This document shows, piece after piece, positions 60,277-64,000 of a DNA stretch of 64,000 nucleotides; position 1 is the stretch's first letter; the number at the start of each line of letters is the position of its first letter. The position numbers and the translations under genes are program-made. The notes beneath the pieces are model-generated. The model did not search any database, was not told where the DNA came from, and saw only the letters and a program-made list of their open reading frames with translations. The DNA comes from Acidimicrobiaceae bacterium (GTDB taxonomy: Bacteria > Actinomycetota > Acidimicrobiia > Acidimicrobiales > RAAP-2). The DNA lies in contig PLQL01000034.1 of the NCBI GenBank assembly GCA_003160115.1, forward strand, positions 146,382 through 210,381, in the 5' to 3' direction.

Positions 60277-61564
60277 CCTCGCGGGCAAGCGGGTCGGGAT
60301 CCTCGGCTTCGGCGTCGAGGGACACGCGACTCGCGACCGCTTGGCGGGAGTGGCGTCGTCACTCGTCATCGTCGACGACGCACCCGACCGCGGCTCAGAG
60401 GTGATTGTGAGCAGCGAGGGCGGACTCGACGCCCTTCGAACCTGCGACGTCGTCCTCAAGAGCCCTGGGATCCCCCGGCGTCGTTTTGACGTCCTCGAAC
60501 TCGAGCGTCACGGCGTCAACGTCACCTCAGCGCTCAACCTCTGGCTCCACGACACCGAGCGCGCGCGGGTCGTGGCGGTCACCGGGACCAAGGGGAAGTC
60601 GACGACCACGTCGCTCATCACGTTCTTCTTCGAATGCACGGGGGCTCGCGCACTCGCGCTGGGGAACCTGGGCCAACCCCCCTATGACCCGACCCTAGAC
60701 ACCTCGACGGGCTGGCTCGTCCTCGAGGTCTCGAGCTTCCAGTGCGTCGACATTGACGTCGCACCCGGGAACGTGATGCTCACTTCGCTGGGGTCGGATC
60801 ATCTGGACTGGCACGGTTCGCTCGACATCTATCGCAGTGACAAGTTGTCACTCACGAGGGCCGCGGGCGAACACGTCACGTGGGTCCCAGACGATTCGCT
60901 CTTTCACGAACTCGACGAAGCCGGCGAATTCGGGGGTGAGGTTTGCTTCGTTCGCGCCGACACGAGCGCCCTTACCGAGTCCCTCGGGTTGCTCGGGGCC
61001 CACAGCCACACCAACGTGGCGCTGGCACTCGCGGTCGTCGCCTCGCTGAGCGGGATCGCAACCGATGAACTGCGCACTCGAATCATCGAGCGCGCGTCAA
61101 GCTTCGTGCCTCTCAAAGGAAGACTCACGTTGGTCGCACGAGAGACCAAGGACGACGCGACGATCCGGTTCGTCGATGATGGTCTGGCTACCACGGCCTT
61201 GCCCACGATTGCGGCTCTACGGGTCTTCGCACACGACGCCGTGGCGCTGATCGTCGGGGGGCTCGACCGTGGTGTGGACTACAGCGAATTGGCCGAGGTG
61301 ATCCGCAATCGAGCAGCGCCCACGGGCGTGATCGCCATGGGTGACGCGGGGCGGCGCCTCGCGGGAGAACTACGTGGTAACGACACCGTCGTGGACGTCG
61401 TCGTCGTCGAGTCGATGTTCGACGCCGTGTACCGTGCTCGGACCCTCCTCGCTGGCGAGGGTGTCGTGCTGCTCTCGCCCGCCGCACCGAGTTTCGACCA
61501 CTATGAGAATTGGCTCGAGCGCTCGGAGGACTTCGCGCGATGCATCGAGGCGACTAAGGCGTAG
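60251..61564 (+). CDS. murD: MurD-family ligase (MurD2-type, L-Glu adding)
   Basis: G.G.EG, KSPGI, VTGTKGKSTT, LEVSSFQ, DHLDWHG, DD.LAT, GG.DRG, LSPAAPSF; overlaps murL. Confidence 0.9.
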   Translation: MFRPTGFADLAGKRVGILGFGVEGHATRDRLAGVASSLVIVDDAPDRGSEVIVSSEGGLDALRTCDVVLKSPGIPRRRFDVLELERHGVNVTSALNLWLHDTERARVVAVTGTKGKSTTTSLITFFFECTGARALALGNLGQPPYDPTLDTSTGWLVLEVSSFQCVDIDVAPGNVMLTSLGSDHLDWHGSLDIYRSDKLSLTRAAGEHVTWVPDDSLFHELDEAGEFGGEVCFVRADTSALTESLGLLGAHSHTNVALALAVVASLSGIATDELRTRIIERASSFVPLKGRLTLVARETKDDATIRFVDDGLATTALPTIAALRVFAHDAVALIVGGLDRGVDYSELAEVIRNRAAPTGVIAMGDAGRRLAGELRGNDTVVDVVVVESMFDAVYRARTLLAGEGVVLLSPAAPSFDHYENWLERSEDFARCIEATKA

Positions 61565-61681
61565 GTCAATGACCGACCCATGTCAAGGGTCAGGCGCTGT
61601 TGTGTCAGGGAATTGCTATTGTCGTATGCGACATCAGGTGGTAACGAATTACCAGCCATCTACCGGTGCAATAAAGCTGCG

Positions 61682-61757
<76 letters not shown>

Positions 61758-61807
61758 GCGAGTAGCAACTCTACCCGAAGCGCCGCGCGTACCCAAGTGC
61801 AGCGGCT

Positions 61808-62896
61808 TCACAGTGTCATGAGCGAGAGCATGAGATCGTTCAAAAGCAGGGTTTCGTCGATATTGGACAAGAGGCGCTCGTTCGTGCGGGCCAGCACCTC
61901 GATGGCGGCGAGCGACGCCCCTACGCGGTACTCACTTCGCACGTCGCCGTCGCGGACGCTCTCGAGACCCTGGTATAGGCGCTCTCGGTACACCTCAGTG
62001 AGCGCACTCAGTCCAAAGCGCAGTTCGTCGATGCGAAACCTGCGTTGCTCGCGCTTGAACTGCGCCTCGAGGTCCTTGCGATTCGTGAGCGTGCGTTGGC
62101 CCATCTCCTTGGCGTCGCGCACTCGGTGTTCGAGTTCGTCCTCTTGGAGTTGCGCCAGCGGCGCCATCGCCTGATCGAGGGACTCGGAGATCTCGCTCGC
62201 GAGGGCGGCTGACGCCGCGGCCGTGCCGGTTAGTCGATCGGGAACCGCGCGCCACACGGCAATGCGAGGCCCGAGTCCGTGGTCGCGCACCAAGATCCGA
62301 GCACGGCGCACGTTGCCATTCGCTGCCGCGGCGGCCAGGCGCGCACTCGGTTCGTCGTGACCCTCGCGGGTCAAGATCGCCACGAGGTCATCCTCGTCGA
62401 CGCTGCGCAAATGGATCTGGACGCAGCGCGACTCGATGGTTGCGAGGGCTTCGGGTAATTCCTCGGCACTCAGCAAGAAGATCGTGCGGCTCGGTGGTTC
62501 TTCCAGTGACTTCAACAACGCTGGCGCCGAAGGGGAGGCGCCGGTCGTCGTCAGTTCCACGTCTTCGATGACCACAATCTGGTACCCGCTCGAAAGCGGA
62601 CGCCGTCGACTCACCCGGTCCGCCTCACGCAGTTCGTCCACCCGCCACGAAACCCCAGCGCGCTCGGCGAAATAGACGTCGGTGTCCTTTCCTTCCAGCA
62701 CCAGACGGCACGCCTCACAACTCCCACAGCCGTTCGAGGGGCACTGCAGGCCCGCGGCGAACGCGACCAGCGCGTCGTGCACGCTTGATCCGACCGGGCC
62801 CGTGAACAGGTACGCGTGCACGGGGTTGCGCACGTGGGCGCGCATCGCCGTCGCTGCTAGGTCCTGACCGACCAGCGCGTCAAAGACGTCAGGCAT
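61808..62896 (-). CDS. holB: DNA polymerase III delta' subunit
   Basis: VGQ, HAYLF.GP, C....CG.C..C, LLK.LEEPP..T.F.L, TI.SRC; follows tmk. Confidence 0.9.
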   Translation of the reverse strand: MPDVFDALVGQDLAATAMRAHVRNPVHAYLFTGPVGSSVHDALVAFAAGLQCPSNGCGSCEACRLVLEGKDTDVYFAERAGVSWRVDELREADRVSRRRPLSSGYQIVVIEDVELTTTGASPSAPALLKSLEEPPSRTIFLLSAEELPEALATIESRCVQIHLRSVDEDDLVAILTREGHDEPSARLAAAAANGNVRRARILVRDHGLGPRIAVWRAVPDRLTGTAAASAALASEISESLDQAMAPLAQLQEDELEHRVRDAKEMGQRTLTNRKDLEAQFKREQRRFRIDELRFGLSALTEVYRERLYQGLESVRDGDVRSEYRVGASLAAIEVLARTNERLLSNIDETLLLNDLMLSLMTL

Positions 62897-63500
62897 GCGA
62901 CCACGCCAGCGTGGCGATTCGCGCCTCGATGGCGCGCGCCACGTCATCCTCACTCGACGAACCGTCGACGACCCACCAGGCGTCACCGTACTGCTCGGCC
63001 ATGGCGAGGTAGCCATCGCGAACGCGTTGGTGAAAGTCCAAGTCGGACGTCTCGAAGCGATCCCGCGAGTCGCGCGCCTTACGCTCTGCTGCCGCCGCGA
63101 CATCCAGGTCGATCAGCACCGTCAAGTCTGGGCGGCAAACGCCGATGGCGAGATCGGTCGCCGCGCGAAGTTCTGCGAGGTCCACGCCACGCCCGTAGCC
63201 CTGATACGCCAACGTCGAGGCGAAGAAACGGTCCGACACCACGTCGCGACCCTGGAGAATCGCCGGAGTGATGACGCTCGCCACGTGGTGCGACCGGTCC
63301 GCCAGCATCAAGAGTGCCTCAGTCTCCGGCTCCATTGGCGTGGGGTCGGCGAGCAACCACTTGCGAAGGTCGGTGCCGAGCGGCGTATCCCCGGGTTCGA
63401 AGGTGAACATCGCGCCGTGAGCGCCGGCCGCCCGTCGAGCCTGGGTGCTCTTGCCGCTCGCGTCGATGCCTTCGAAGACGAGGAACAGTCCTCGCGTCAT
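62889..63500 (-). CDS. tmk: Thymidylate kinase
   Basis: FEGIDASGKSTQ, EPG.T..G, E.LL..ADR, DRF..ST.AYQG.GRG, PDLT, DRFE. Confidence 0.97.
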   Translation of the reverse strand: MTRGLFLVFEGIDASGKSTQARRAAGAHGAMFTFEPGDTPLGTDLRKWLLADPTPMEPETEALLMLADRSHHVASVITPAILQGRDVVSDRFFASTLAYQGYGRGVDLAELRAATDLAIGVCRPDLTVLIDLDVAAAAERKARDSRDRFETSDLDFHQRVRDGYLAMAEQYGDAWWVVDGSSSEDDVARAIEARIATLAWSHA

Positions 63501-64000
63501 TACTCGTCGTCCGTGTGCTCGGCTTTGGCCACCAACGCCGCGTTCGCTTCGGCTCCCTCTTTGAGAGCCGCTCGCTTCTCGGCCCCGGTCGCCTTCTTCG
63601 CGGTCGCCTTCTTCGTTGTCTTCTTGGCGGCCGTCTTCTTCGCGGTCACCTTCTTCGTCGTCTTCTTGGCGGTCTTCTTCGCCACCCTGCGCGGTCGCGT
63701 CGATGGTTCGGCGTTGCGTCGCTCGGCGAGCAACTCACAAGCGCGGTCCATGGTTATTGTCTCGGGCAGGTCGCCTATGCGTAGCGTCGCGTTCACCTCG
63801 CCGTCTGACACGTAGAGTCCGAAACGGCCGTTACGCACCACGATGTTCCTCTTGGTGAGCGGGTCCTCACCTAGTTCGCGCAGAGGCCCCGCCGCCGCTC
63901 GGCGACCGCGGACCTTGGGCTCGGCCAGCAGCTGGAGCGCGCCTTCGAGGTCGATGGAGAAGATATGGTCCTCGTCCGCGAGGGAACGCGTGTCCTTGCC
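63500..64000 (-). CDS. topA: DNA topoisomerase I, C-terminal part
   Basis: Toprim C-terminal repeat (LG.DP....IVVRNGRFGLYVSDG..NATL) plus Lys/Ala-rich tail; upstream of tmk. Confidence 0.93.
   Translation of the reverse strand, partial: GKDTRSLADEDHIFSIDLEGALQLLAEPKVRGRRAAAGPLRELGEDPLTKRNIVVRNGRFGLYVSDGEVNATLRIGDLPETITMDRACELLAERRNAEPSTRPRRVAKKTAKKTTKKVTAKKTAAKKTTKKATAKKATGAEKRAALKEGAEANAALVAKAEHTDDE

Noticed and set aside
63590-63690. Low-complexity repeat in topA
   Set aside because: Ordinary Lys/Ala-rich actinobacterial TopA tail

Overview
High-GC actinobacterial chromosome segment; gene content and order best fit Acidimicrobiia (inference). About 1-27 kb is an accessory strip of small, mostly minus-strand genes (GNATs, SRPBCC, VOC, APH, AlkD, ClC, ArsB-like) plus a cbs-metB pair. 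It includes an AT-richer patch (~23.3-27.2 kb) with three tandem hicAB modules that share a conserved non-coding flank. Two genes each carry one in-frame TAA. About 27-64 kb is mostly core: chdC, groEL with CIRCE, a SAM-riboswitch-led thrC-like/MoaD-like pair, gpgS, tRNA-Thr(TGT), mscL, rlmB-ispF-ispD-carD-radA-clpC, lysS-coaX-panC-panG-folK-folB-X-folP-folE-hpt-tilS, a metal ABC transporter with a Fur/Zur regulator, pgeF-murL-murD2, tRNA-Thr(CGT), holB-tmk-topA. Two surface proteins with InlB-B repeats and an OmpA-like C-terminus are inserted in this core. Best leads: (i) a Cys-less phosphatase-fold gene coupled inside the folate operon, a candidate for the dihydroneopterin dephosphorylation step; (ii) the triple hicAB array and its 40-bp 3' element; (iii) the SAM-controlled ThrC-like enzyme plus sulfur carrier; (iv) OmpA-like-anchored adhesins in a presumed monoderm. 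All family calls come from motif recognition by eye; no searches were run.
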